Sequence record: PV654397.1
Reading direction: 5' to 3' (one strand)
Length of the DNA stretch: 64,000 nucleotides
Of this stretch, positions 29,970-38,968 are shown one piece after another (the first letter of the stretch is position 1; each line of letters opens with the position of its first letter). The notes beneath the pieces were generated by a model that had not been told where the DNA came from, made no database searches, and was given only the letters and a program-made list of their open reading frames with translations. A program made the position numbers and the translations under genes.

Positions 29970-30467
29970 TTACGATACAGGCATGTTTATTTGAATTTCA
30001 TTGTACAAATCATCAATATATAGACATGAAAACGATAAACTTTCTTTAACTATATTGTTGTGATAAAGCATTTTAAATGCAATATAGAAAAATAAATCAA
30101 TATCATCATGTACTAAATTCTGCTGGAACCACCACTCTTCTGTTAAATCTTGTGCATTAAAATCATCAGGAACTACAATTGACGACATATCAGCATCTTC
30201 TTTGTACTCAAACCACATGTCGTCATTTGGATAACGTTCATGCTTCTCTGGGTAACAATTGCTGGGATTAAATGCTAAAATATAAAATGCCGTCGCAGAA
30301 TGTTCTTTATTATAAAATGAATTATTCCACACCTGATACCTTTCACCAACATCAAACTCTTTTGATACTGATGTTATTGCACATAATGTACGATATATTG
30401 TTTCTATTTTGTGAACAAATTTAAAGGCTGCATCTAAACTGAACTCTAAATCAGACATGCGGTGCAT
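29970..30467 (-). CDS. Family A protein
   Basis: EEWWFQQNLVHD. Confidence 0.75.
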   Translation of the reverse strand: MHRMSDLEFSLDAAFKFVHKIETIYRTLCAITSVSKEFDVGERYQVWNNSFYNKEHSATAFYILAFNPSNCYPEKHERYPNDDMWFEYKEDADMSSIVVPDDFNAQDLTEEWWFQQNLVHDDIDLFFYIAFKMLYHNNIVKESLSFSCLYIDDLYNEIQINMPVS

Positions 30468-30787
30468 AAAATTACCTCAACTAAAATAAGAACGGTATTG
30501 AATTCGATGCAACCTTTGATACCTTGATTGTACATGTACTTTGCTACTACATATTTCTGTACTAAATTATAATTATTAAATTCCTCAAAATTGTAATTTA
30601 GAATGAAATTTGTACTCAAAAATAACTTATGCATCTCTAATGCACTCTGATAATATTTGTACAACTCTCTGATATCAATACTTTGTAAATCACTTTGTTC
30701 ATATCTATGATAAGGAATGGCTTCAATTTCAATACTATAAAACCATTCTCTTAACTTCTTAATATCAAATGTATTATTCAGCTTCAT
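30446..30787 (-). CDS. Hypothetical protein, degenerate family A
   Basis: FEEFNNYNLV. Confidence 0.6.
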   Translation of the reverse strand: MKLNNTFDIKKLREWFYSIEIEAIPYHRYEQSDLQSIDIRELYKYYQSALEMHKLFLSTNFILNYNFEEFNNYNLVQKYVVAKYMYNQGIKGCIEFNTVLILVEVILCTACLI

Positions 30788-31343
30788 AACTCAATACCTC
30801 CATTAAGCACTCATAAACACCATCAATCGCATAAGCACAAAAACTGAAATTAATTTTGTTATTCTTGTGTAATGGACTATTGTATACTGTACTCAACATA
30901 ACACTATAAAACAAAGAACGTTCATGTGTAAATAATGATTCCTGAAAAAATGCTTCCTCTGATTTAATTTTATTATATTCAATCGATTGATCATTAGAAT
31001 AAAATGAATCTTGATTTGAATTGTACCATGTGTAATCCAAATCATTCTTTGATATAACTGGTGTTGGATTAAACTGTAAAAGACTAATAACACTACGGGC
31101 ATTTGGGGTATCAGGTGTATTGAATCGTTTGTCAAAATAACTTGTGCACGCAATATGTGAATCAAAATCAGATGGTTTAAACCCCATGAATGCGTTAATG
31201 ATTCTTGTATATGGTTTTTTATTATGTGCTGCTTTTTGTACATTATATAAGGCTGCAACAATACAAGCTAACTTTTGTCCCATTAGGATTGCATTAGCGT
31301 AGGTGTACTGAATTTCATTGCTGGTACGGTACTTCGAGATCAT
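30774..31343 (-). CDS. Family A protein
   Basis: EEAFFQESLF. Confidence 0.75.
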   Translation of the reverse strand: MISKYRTSNEIQYTYANAILMGQKLACIVAALYNVQKAAHNKKPYTRIINAFMGFKPSDFDSHIACTSYFDKRFNTPDTPNARSVISLLQFNPTPVISKNDLDYTWYNSNQDSFYSNDQSIEYNKIKSEEAFFQESLFTHERSLFYSVMLSTVYNSPLHKNNKINFSFCAYAIDGVYECLMEVLSYEAE

Positions 31344-31665
31344 GGAACAGCCTCACTTTGCCTAACTCGTCATTGGATATTAATTCGTTAACAGCTTTCT
31401 GTATATTCCTTAATAATAGCACATCAAATCCTTTTGTGTCAAGCACACATTGCATTTGGAAGAATTCTTCTTCTGATAATGTATTAAAATCCACAAAATT
31501 GTCTAATATTACGTCATTATCCAAATGTGCCATGTGCCATGTATTTCTTTCGGAGCGTTTAATAAAATTCCATCCATCTGGATAATCGGGTTCTAATTCT
31601 ACATATATCCCTGATAATGTATAAAGCATTTTATACTTCATAACTATTGTACTCATTGCTTTCAC
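31315..31665 (-). CDS. Family A protein, MKYKMLYT subfamily
   Basis: DFNTLSEEEFFQMQCVLD. Confidence 0.8.
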   Translation of the reverse strand: MKAMSTIVMKYKMLYTLSGIYVELEPDYPDGWNFIKRSERNTWHMAHLDNDVILDNFVDFNTLSEEEFFQMQCVLDTKGFDVLLLRNIQKAVNELISNDELGKVRLFHDLEVPYQQ

Positions 31666-31973
31666 TGTACGTCGATGTCATAATACGCTCCTACTTCATA
31701 ATCTTTCTTGCTTTGGAATTCATTAACGACTTTCTGTATATTTCTTAATGTTACCATGTCATGTCCGTACATGTCAACCACCAATTGCATTTGGAAAAAT
31801 TCTTCTTCAGATAATGTATTAAAATCTATAAAATAATCCGTAACAACATGTGCGTCTAAATTTGCCATGTACCATTGATTGGTATCGACCTCTTTAACCA
31901 AATTCCATGCATCTGAATCGGATTCTAATTCTACATATATTAATGTTAATGTATACAGCATTTTATACTTCAT
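31662..31973 (-). CDS. Family A protein, MKYKMLYT subfamily
   Basis: DFNTLSEEEFFQMQLVVD. Confidence 0.8.
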   Translation of the reverse strand: MKYKMLYTLTLIYVELESDSDAWNLVKEVDTNQWYMANLDAHVVTDYFIDFNTLSEEEFFQMQLVVDMYGHDMVTLRNIQKVVNEFQSKKDYEVGAYYDIDVQ

Positions 31974-32469
31974 AACTATATCCTTGCATTAATAAATCAT
32001 AAACGTTTGAAAGGTGCGGAATTTTGATATAAAATTTAAAACCCTTAATTAAAGGATTCGCGTACAATGAACTGAATAACTTTAGATAATGTATTTGACG
32101 AGGACTGTATAATAACGATTTCTGAAATAATTCAGCACTACAATCTGAACTAATATCAATTAAATCAATTCGTGCTTCTACTTCATCATCTTGTTTCAAA
32201 ACATAAAAGAAATAATCGTTTGTGTTGACCCACAAATACCCTTCACTATTTTCGTATATAACAGGAGATGCTTGTTCTGGATTGCCTTGGGCAAATGCTG
32301 CAAAACAAACTTTTGCATTACTTTCATCTTTAAACATAAACGATAATTTATCATATCTATCTTCTATGCGTAAATCACCTATAAAAATGTACTTATGCAT
32401 AGAATGATTATTCTTGAGCATAAGCATTACTGTACTAATCTTGTGTGCTAATAATTCTATCTCATTCAT
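31963..32469 (-). CDS. Family A protein, MNxIELL subfamily
   Basis: AELFQKSLLY; ends MQGYSYEV. Confidence 0.8.
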   Translation of the reverse strand: MNEIELLAHKISTVMLMLKNNHSMHKYIFIGDLRIEDRYDKLSFMFKDESNAKVCFAAFAQGNPEQASPVIYENSEGYLWVNTNDYFFYVLKQDDEVEARIDLIDISSDCSAELFQKSLLYSPRQIHYLKLFSSLYANPLIKGFKFYIKIPHLSNVYDLLMQGYSYEV

Positions 32470-32475
32470 ATATTA

Positions 32476-32556
32476 TTACCTATTGATAGATACATCGTCA
32501 TTGACTTCTAATTCAACATAAATCATATCTTTTGTATACAGCATTTTATACTTCAT
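32476..32556 (-). pseudogene. Truncated third copy of the MKYKMLYT gene
   Basis: Reads MKYKMLYTKDMIYVELEVNDDVSINR-stop (26 aa) and lacks the FQ motif. Confidence 0.7.
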
Positions 32557-33106
32557 AACTATATCCTTGCATTAAAAGATCATAAGCAATATCAACTAAT
32601 TCTAAACGAATGAAAAATTTTAAATTATCTTTCAATGGATTCAAATGCATTGTACTAAACAACATAAGATACTTCATTTGATTTGTATTGTATATTAGGG
32701 ATGTCTGAAATACTTCTGCTTCATTGTAAGGATCAATGAATTTTATACCTTCTTCACTATAATCCGTTTTGGAATTTTGATATATAAAATAATCATCACC
32801 ATAATTGTACCACAAATAACCTTCAAAACTGGAATCAAATTCTGAATTTTCATTTCGCATTAAAGGTGATACTGAAATTGGATTTGAACCAACTGTTGCA
32901 CAAACCTCAATGAAAGCATCTTCATTTCCCTTAACTTCTTCTTTGATTTTATCATTGTACTGTCCTGCAAAACCAGCTTTTACTTCCAAATATAAACTAC
33001 TCCCAACTTTATTAATTCTTAAAAGGGAACTCTGTACTGTATTCGCATTGTTCAGCACTAACGATATTGTGCAAATCTTATGTACCAATAACTCAATATC
33101 ATTCAT
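32546..33106 (-). CDS. Family A protein, MNxIELL subfamily
   Basis: AEVFQTSLIY; ends MQGYSYEV. Confidence 0.8.
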   Translation of the reverse strand: MNDIELLVHKICTISLVLNNANTVQSSLLRINKVGSSLYLEVKAGFAGQYNDKIKEEVKGNEDAFIEVCATVGSNPISVSPLMRNENSEFDSSFEGYLWYNYGDDYFIYQNSKTDYSEEGIKFIDPYNEAEVFQTSLIYNTNQMKYLMLFSTMHLNPLKDNLKFFIRLELVDIAYDLLMQGYSYEV

Positions 33107-33117
33107 ATTGGTATTCC

Positions 33118-33300
33118 TTAATTTGGTGGATTTGGATGTAATAACTGATCTATATAATTTAAATGTTCTATTGTAACTAATGAAAGATAATAATTGTAAT
33201 TATCTATACCACCCTTTAAATGTATATTGTAATACATCTTGATACTTACTAATAAAGAATCATTTAAATCATTTATTGCTTTTGTATTAACGGTTTTCAT
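33118..33300 (-). CDS. Small hypothetical protein
   Basis: 60-aa ORF with RBS. Confidence 0.5.
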   Translation of the reverse strand: MKTVNTKAINDLNDSLLVSIKMYYNIHLKGGIDNYNYYLSLVTIEHLNYIDQLLHPNPPN

Positions 33301-33439
33301 TAATGTTCTTCTCTTAAAAAACGCTTAATGGCACAATCTAAATAAAAATCATAATACATCATATCTCTATTCTTAACCCATACACAATAATCTGCATTAA
33401 TATTTCTTAATAATATATTCATATTATAATCTTCACACC

Positions 33440-33850
33440 CTAATCGTGCCATTTAATAGGATACTCCGTTCCATTTATTGTATAAGATATAATCCATCCG
33501 TAATGAATAGGATGATTTTTGTCTGAATCAGGAATAAAATATAAAGATGTACTGGGGTTATAACTGAATAAATCGTTGTTACCAATTGTAAAATGTGATA
33601 ACTCAATCTTCCTTGTACCTGTACTTGGACGAAGAACATTCTTAACACCGAAGACTGTACCTTGATATTTCTCGGAAAATTCAAACAATGCATCTGCAAT
33701 TAAATCACGAAACTCCGCATGTATGGTTTCAAAAAAATCTATATTACACGATGTTTTAATATCCTTGAACTCCTTATATAAAGAGCTTCTTGTATTCAAA
33801 AGAAATATTACTTTTTTAAGATCCTGAACTATTTCTGGATTCATATTCAT
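33440..33850 (-). CDS. Hypothetical protein
   Basis: ORF in the tiling path. Confidence 0.7.
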   Translation of the reverse strand: MNMNPEIVQDLKKVIFLLNTRSSLYKEFKDIKTSCNIDFFETIHAEFRDLIADALFEFSEKYQGTVFGVKNVLRPSTGTRKIELSHFTIGNNDLFSYNPSTSLYFIPDSDKNHPIHYGWIISYTINGTEYPIKWHD

Positions 33851-34100
33851 TTATCTCATTCTGTAACTTATGCATCAAAATTTGTATATTAATTTTTCGT
33901 CCAAGGTGATTGAGAAATTTCTGTACCATTTCTTCTTGTACTGATGTACCAAGATAAAATAACATATTAAATTCCGATAACCTCAGAGCAAAATCGTCAT
34001 CTCCCCCTTGTAAACAAAAATCCCTGTACTTTGATGCATACAAATAACGGTTTATTTTTTTGTACATTTGGGTCTGCATTGTATCTCCTTTTTCATGCAC
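33816..34100 (-). CDS. Family B protein
   Basis: YLGTSVQEEMVQKFL. Confidence 0.75.
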   Translation of the reverse strand: MHEKGDTMQTQMYKKINRYLYASKYRDFCLQGGDDDFALRLSEFNMLFYLGTSVQEEMVQKFLNHLGRKINIQILMHKLQNEINEYESRNSSGS

Positions 34101-34264
34101 CTTATTAGATTATCAACGTATTGATCCTGTACTATTGTCCCTAGATAAAATGATACTTCGAACTCTGATAATTTTATATTGAAAGGATCTACATATACAT
34201 CTTTAATAAACTCTTTGTACTTCAACATATATGCATTAGGTATATTCTTATATATCGATTTCAA
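34052..34264 (-). CDS. Family B protein
   Basis: YLGTIVQDQYVDNLI. Confidence 0.75.
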   Translation of the reverse strand: MKSIYKNIPNAYMLKYKEFIKDVYVDPFNIKLSEFEVSFYLGTIVQDQYVDNLIRCMKKEIQCRPKCTKK

Positions 34265-34559
34265 TGATCCTCCCTGACATACCTTGTATTAGCTTATCAT
34301 ACATATCGAGCATCACTTTTTGAATACTAATTAATACTGGCATCGTGCAAATATCAATGTCGTATATTAAGCTGTACTGGAATAATTCCTCTTCCTGCAT
34401 GTGTACTAAATTAGGTAAAAGATAATTGTCTGCCTCTTCATCCTGGTACTTGAAATGCATAACACCATCCTTTTTGTACAAAAGAATGTCAATATCACCT
34501 AACTCTTCTGCATAACCAAAAATACATATACTCGATGTTTTTGCTATATTAAATTTCAT
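34248..34559 (-). CDS. Family A protein (short type)
   Basis: EEELFQYSLIYD. Confidence 0.75.
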   Translation of the reverse strand: MKFNIAKTSSICIFGYAEELGDIDILLYKKDGVMHFKYQDEEADNYLLPNLVHMQEEELFQYSLIYDIDICTMPVLISIQKVMLDMYDKLIQGMSGRIIEIDI

Positions 34560-34568
34560 ATTCTTCTC

Positions 34569-34919
34569 TTATATGTAGAATTCACATACGCGTTGAACAA
34601 AATTCTTTGGAAGATGACAATGTGCAATCATCTGCTTTTGTACTTCCTTCATGTCTTCGAATGTAAATCCTAAAGAATCATCATGTACTAACAAGTACTG
34701 AAACTCTTCTTCTTCAGAGATAGAACATAAATTCGGTACTGAAATTGTTTTTGCTTTTCTTGCACCCAATTTCCAATGAAAAGAATTATTGCATTTTCTG
34801 TACTCAAATATCTTCAACCCAGAACCTGTATTAAAATCAGCTACTACAATGTAACATGAATTCTTACGTACAATACAATTGAACTTACGCATTATCTCCA
34901 CCTCTCTCCGTCTGTACAA
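34569..34919 (-). CDS. Family A protein (short type)
   Basis: EEEEFQYLLVHD. Confidence 0.75.
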   Translation of the reverse strand: MYRRREVEIMRKFNCIVRKNSCYIVVADFNTGSGLKIFEYRKCNNSFHWKLGARKAKTISVPNLCSISEEEEFQYLLVHDDSLGFTFEDMKEVQKQMIAHCHLPKNFVQRVCEFYI

Positions 34920-35137
34920 GAGTACTGGTACGTTGTCGTTAGGGTAGGGACCATGTTTGTAATGGGCATGTTGTTAACAATAACCGTAACAGGCATAAGA
35001 ATCGTCTCTACTCTACTCTGTCCTGTCCTTGTACAATTCATCTTCTGCATTTCATCTGAATCCATGAAATACAATACAAATGGTGCAATCCCAAGAACAA
35101 TACACAAGACGATAAGGAAATTTAAAAAATTCAACAT
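34892..35137 (-). CDS. Small membrane-anchored protein
   Basis: Hydrophobic N-terminus FLIVLCIVLGIAPFVLYF; two Cys in the soluble part. Confidence 0.65.
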   Translation of the reverse strand: MLNFLNFLIVLCIVLGIAPFVLYFMDSDEMQKMNCTRTGQSRVETILMPVTVIVNNMPITNMVPTLTTTYQYSCTDGERWR

Positions 35138-35196
35138 AATTTTTACCCCATGATTAACGTACAGGTACTATATCAGTAATGAAAAGTACTGTCAAG

Positions 35197-35571
35197 CTAG
35201 TATTGCACTGTTCTAATGAAAGTACCTTTACTCATGGATTTAAGCTTATGAACCTCTTCCTGCATACCCTTAATTAACCCTAAAGGTATAGGTAAATCAT
35301 GTACTAAGCTGTACTGAAAGTATTCTTCTTCAGATAAAGTACTAACATCTGGAATGCCAATTTTAGTTAGATAATCTTGATGTGTTGACCAATAAATTAT
35401 ATCTTCAGTACTATTGTACTCCCCATATACTGAACAATATTGATGAATATCTTTCCTGTACCCTTGAGCAATAAAGAACTTATCTACTGCATTACCAGCA
35501 TTAATAGAATTCACTTCGATTGTCACAGTACTTGAGCTTGTTTTTCCTTTACTATGCATATTAATCCCCAA
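35197..35571 (-). CDS. Family A protein (short type)
   Basis: EEEYFQYSLVHD. Confidence 0.75.
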   Translation of the reverse strand: MGINMHSKGKTSSSTVTIEVNSINAGNAVDKFFIAQGYRKDIHQYCSVYGEYNSTEDIIYWSTHQDYLTKIGIPDVSTLSEEEYFQYSLVHDLPIPLGLIKGMQEEVHKLKSMSKGTFIRTVQY

Positions 35572-35747
35572 ATTAGATATCGAACACTATCAGCTTGATA
35601 GTTAGTTCCTACTGTGTGTTTTAATATTAACTCATCTTTCAGTACTGAACATTCTGCATTAGATATAGGAAGAGAATTAATTCTTTGAATTTCTGGTCGC
35701 AAAATACCGCGAAGCTTGCGGTAATCTTCGTATGATAATATTTTCAT
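35523..35747 (-). CDS. Family B protein
   Basis: TVGTNYQADSVRYLI. Confidence 0.75.
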   Translation of the reverse strand: MKILSYEDYRKLRGILRPEIQRINSLPISNAECSVLKDELILKHTVGTNYQADSVRYLIWGLICIVKEKQAQVL

Positions 35748-35750
35748 TGT

Positions 35751-36095
35751 TTAGTACTCAACGATGTGTTCTTCATAATCACCATTAGGCTCCTGTTTAG
35801 ATTCTTTCATTAGTACTACCATTTTATGTACTAATGGCATAGGAAACTCCAAATCCCATACTAATGATTCTTGAAAGTATTCCTCTTCAGATAAAGTACT
35901 TAAATCTTTAATATCAACGTGCTTGTATATTTTATTTTCGTAATTAACAAATGATATATATAAATCACTAACATAAGAATCATAGGTAATTGTGAATGGT
36001 TTACCCTTGTAATCCATTACATCTCTACATAGACTACTTTTGATATATGTATGTTCAAATGATTTATATACCTTGAGTTGTATATTAGTTTTCAT
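35751..36095 (-). CDS. Family A protein (short type)
   Basis: EEEYFQESLVWD. Confidence 0.75.
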   Translation of the reverse strand: MKTNIQLKVYKSFEHTYIKSSLCRDVMDYKGKPFTITYDSYVSDLYISFVNYENKIYKHVDIKDLSTLSEEEYFQESLVWDLEFPMPLVHKMVVLMKESKQEPNGDYEEHIVEY

Positions 36096-36369
36096 ATTTC
36101 TCTTTATTAGCTTGTTTAGATTGTGTGGTTTTATAGTGAATTAAATCTATTAATGTAATCAAGTACAACGTCAAATAGTACTCTTGTTGATCTGTACCTA
36201 ATGATACAAAGAACTTGTGCTCATAGATTAAAACCTGTTTCTCTTCAAATGGACATTTAATCCTCTGTATAGGCTTAAGTAAATGATAGTACTTATTAAA
36301 TCTATGATACATTTCTAGTTCTGTCAGTACTTTCATATTAAACACGTACTCCATTAGCTGTAGCATCAC
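36085..36369 (-). CDS. Family B protein
   Basis: SLGTDQQEYYLTLYL. Confidence 0.75.
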   Translation of the reverse strand: MMLQLMEYVFNMKVLTELEMYHRFNKYYHLLKPIQRIKCPFEEKQVLIYEHKFFVSLGTDQQEYYLTLYLITLIDLIHYKTTQSKQANKEKYEN

Positions 36370-36559
36370 GTAAAGCTGTCAAATACTTCTGTACTGCTTG
36401 CTCTTGCTTATTTGTACCTAAAAGTATATACATCCATAATTCACTGTAATGTACATCTTCTGTATAAGGGTTGTTGTAACTTTTTGATAATATAGCATCA
36501 AATTCAGATGCATGAACCCTTGCGAACTTAAGCATATCTTGTTGTGTTATGATTCTCAT
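36338..36559 (-). CDS. Family B protein
   Basis: LLGTNKQEQAVQKYL. Confidence 0.75.
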   Translation of the reverse strand: MRIITQQDMLKFARVHASEFDAILSKSYNNPYTEDVHYSELWMYILLGTNKQEQAVQKYLTALRDATANGVRV

Positions 36560-36771
36560 ATCTTTTCCTGTACTATCTGCATAAGAATCTCTATGTGTGA
36601 ATTAACAGTTCTCTCTTGATGCTGTGTTCCTAAGAGTGTCAGTACTATCATATCTGAACGCAAAAGATTTTTCTGAAGTTCACTTATATCAGTTCTTGAA
36701 TCAAGTGCCATATATTTGTGATTATTCTTCCTGAATAGTGCCAAGTACTCTTGATTTGATATTTCCTTCAT
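36556..36771 (-). CDS. Family B protein
   Basis: LLGTQHQERTVNSHI. Confidence 0.75.
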   Translation of the reverse strand: MKEISNQEYLALFRKNNHKYMALDSRTDISELQKNLLRSDMIVLTLLGTQHQERTVNSHIEILMQIVQEKI

Positions 36772-36998
36772 AGTTTATCCCTGATGCCATTTAAAAGTGC
36801 TCTAATATGCTCCTGTACGAATTTGTACTGACTGTCTGTTCCTAGAGTGAGTAGTAATCTTAAATCTGAACTTTTGATATGATATTCTAAATCATTATTT
36901 GATTCTTGCATCAGTTTCTTAAAGGATGAGAAGTTTGCAGCCATTAGTTCAATGTATTCTGCTGTTCCTAGGGGTTTGTGTATTGGCTGTTTGTGCAT
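36768..36998 (-). CDS. Family B protein
   Basis: TLGTDSQYKFVQEHI. Confidence 0.75.
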   Translation of the reverse strand: MHKQPIHKPLGTAEYIELMAANFSSFKKLMQESNNDLEYHIKSSDLRLLLTLGTDSQYKFVQEHIRALLNGIRDKL

Positions 36999-37210
36999 TT
37001 TAATTTTATTACCCTTTTGAGTGTATTAATGTAATTATACACATTGGCTTCTTGATAGTTAGTTCCCAGTGTAGCTTGAACATAGATTTCATTTAACTTA
37101 ATAATTTTATCAGTATCTGGTAGTTTTGATGTGTTAATGGCAAATAACTTCAAAAACAGTCCATTTAAGATTGTTAGGTATTCTTCGTCGGTAATGATTC
37201 GCATTTGCAT
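36968..37210 (-). CDS. Family B protein
   Basis: TLGTNYQEANVYNYI. Confidence 0.75.
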   Translation of the reverse strand: MQMRIITDEEYLTILNGLFLKLFAINTSKLPDTDKIIKLNEIYVQATLGTNYQEANVYNYINTLKRVIKLKCTNSQYTNP

Positions 37211-37416
37211 TGGATAAACCTTTTTAGTTCTTTGATGTAATCATTAATATTGTATTCTTGATAGTTAGTCCCTAGTGTAGCTTGAACATAGATTTCACTC
37301 ATTAGAATATTTTTTTCTTCATCAAGTAAATCTGTGGTCTTTGCTATATACAATTTTAGAATTAAACTACTTAATAGTTCGTGGTATTCACTTGGTGAAA
37401 GGATTTTCATTTGCAT
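37174..37416 (-). CDS. Family B protein
   Basis: TLGTNYQEYNINDYI. Confidence 0.75.
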   Translation of the reverse strand: MQMKILSPSEYHELLSSLILKLYIAKTTDLLDEEKNILMSEIYVQATLGTNYQEYNINDYIKELKRFIQCKCESLPTKNT

Positions 37417-37622
37417 GTTCTCAGTACAGATTCTTTAAGTTCATCGATGTAGTCCTCAACGAATTGCTCTTGGAAGTTAGTTCCAACATATAAAAGAACT
37501 CTTAAATCTGCTCTAAGTAACTCTTTTTCATCCTCATCTATATCAGACAATGTTATGTTTAAGAATTTACTTGTATTAAAGATTAACAATTCTGTTTGTT
37601 CACTGTGGTTTAAAATTTTCAT
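37407..37622 (-). CDS. Family B protein
   Basis: YVGTNFQEQFVEDYI. Confidence 0.75.
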   Translation of the reverse strand: MKILNHSEQTELLIFNTSKFLNITLSDIDEDEKELLRADLRVLLYVGTNFQEQFVEDYIDELKESVLRTCK

Positions 37623-37830
37623 AATCTCTTTTTGCTTTCCTCGCCAAAAGGTACATATACGATTCTTCGTATTGTGCTTGGAAGTTTGTGTTTAAGAGTC
37701 GAAACAACTTCTGTTCTTCTAGAACGAGTTGCTTATCTTCATAACAACGGTAGCGTATCAACTTTTTGTATTCGATGTTGATTACATCCATTACTATAAG
37801 CCCATGTTCATCATCTGTCAAGTGCTTCAT
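37600..37830 (-). CDS. Family B protein
   Basis: LLNTNFQAQYEESYM. Confidence 0.75.
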   Translation of the reverse strand: MKHLTDDEHGLIVMDVINIEYKKLIRYRCYEDKQLVLEEQKLFRLLNTNFQAQYEESYMYLLARKAKRDYENFKPQ

Positions 37831-38069
37831 GCTTTTTTTCTTTTCCTGATGTGTTTAGTTAAAAGGTATATTAGTTTTCTGATGTATTCTTCTTGATAGT
37901 TTGTTCCTAGGAGTGCAAGAAGTTTTGCTTCAACTAAAGCTAATTGACGTTCTTCAAATGTGTGTTCCAGTATGTACTTTGGGTTTGATTTTTTAGAAAT
38001 TGCACTATTAGTTTTCATTACAATCTTATGATATTCATTAACTGTTAGGATTTTTAAATTCTTGAGCAT
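37827..38069 (-). CDS. Family B protein
   Basis: LLGTNYQEEYIRKLI. Confidence 0.75.
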   Translation of the reverse strand: MLKNLKILTVNEYHKIVMKTNSAISKKSNPKYILEHTFEERQLALVEAKLLALLGTNYQEEYIRKLIYLLTKHIRKRKKA

Positions 38070-38295
38070 GTATCTTTTCCTTTATAGAGAATTTAAGATA
38101 TCGAAGCATACTTTCAATGTAATACTCTTGTCTGTCAGTTCCAAGAAAGTACAGGAGTTGAATGTATAAAACTTCTGCACTCCTTTCGGCATGTGACTTG
38201 TTTGTGTCGTTTGGAAGTTGATTTGTAAGTTTTCTGGATTTAATTAATCGTTCTTTTAACTCATCGTCTGTTAAGTATATCATTTTATTTTGCAT
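38038..38295 (-). CDS. Family B protein
   Basis: FLGTDRQEYYIESML. Confidence 0.75.
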   Translation of the reverse strand: MQNKMIYLTDDELKERLIKSRKLTNQLPNDTNKSHAERSAEVLYIQLLYFLGTDRQEYYIESMLRYLKFSIKEKIHAQEFKNPNS

Positions 38296-38515
38296 TTACT
38301 TTTTCCTTAATACTCATTACAAGATGTTCAATCATATTTTGAACCATAAATTCTTGTTTATCAGTTCCAAGAACGTATGGTAGCTTCTGAAACAATACAT
38401 TCGCAGACATTTCATATATTGATTGATTTGGAACGAACTTAAGAGTAATGTTATTGGCTTTTAACATCTTCTCTTGAAATTCTTCATTCGTTAAGTATAT
38501 CATTTCACTTTGCAT
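38285..38515 (-). CDS. Family B protein
   Basis: VLGTDKQEFMVQNMI. Confidence 0.75.
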   Translation of the reverse strand: MQSEMIYLTNEEFQEKMLKANNITLKFVPNQSIYEMSANVLFQKLPYVLGTDKQEFMVQNMIEHLVMSIKEKVNAK

Positions 38516-38741
38516 TTACTTTTTCCATAATAGTAATTTTGAGATATTTAATTATACGTTCAACGTGATACTCCTGCCTATCAGTTCCAAGAAGGTATGG
38601 TAATGACTGGAATAAAACTTCTGCACTCCTTTCTGCTGGGGTTTGGTTTGGGTTGTGTGGAAGATATTTTGTAAGTTTTTTGGATTTATCTAGTCTTTCT
38701 GTTAACTCATCATGTGTTAAGTATATCATTTCATTTTGCAT
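38505..38741 (-). CDS. Family B protein
   Basis: LLGTDRQEYHVERII. Confidence 0.75.
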   Translation of the reverse strand: MQNEMIYLTHDELTERLDKSKKLTKYLPHNPNQTPAERSAEVLFQSLPYLLGTDRQEYHVERIIKYLKITIMEKVNAK

Positions 38742-38968
38742 TTAATGTTTCTTACATAAATTGTCTGGATTAAACAATCAATCCAAGTTTGAATATATTG
38801 GTTTTGATACTGTGTGCCTAAGAGACTCTGCATTTTAAACTCTGCTTCAAGTTCATATCTCTTTTCTATAGAAAAGCTCAAATGACCATATTCTTTATCG
38901 TATCTTCTCAGTGCTTCCCCAATTCTATCAAATCTTTCTGCTAATCTGATGTTATTCACAATATTCAT
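38726..38968 (-). CDS. Family B protein
   Basis: LLGTQYQNQYIQTWI. Confidence 0.75.
   Translation of the reverse strand: MNIVNNIRLAERFDRIGEALRRYDKEYGHLSFSIEKRYELEAEFKMQSLLGTQYQNQYIQTWIDCLIQTIYVRNIKCKMK

Larger units (their letters stand above)
7241..36095 (-). repeat. Tandem paralog array, family A (about 50 genes sharing an EExxFQxS[LT][VIL] motif)
   Basis: Motif seen directly in 47 translations plus several degenerate copies; genes coupled by overlapping stop/start codons. Confidence 0.85.
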
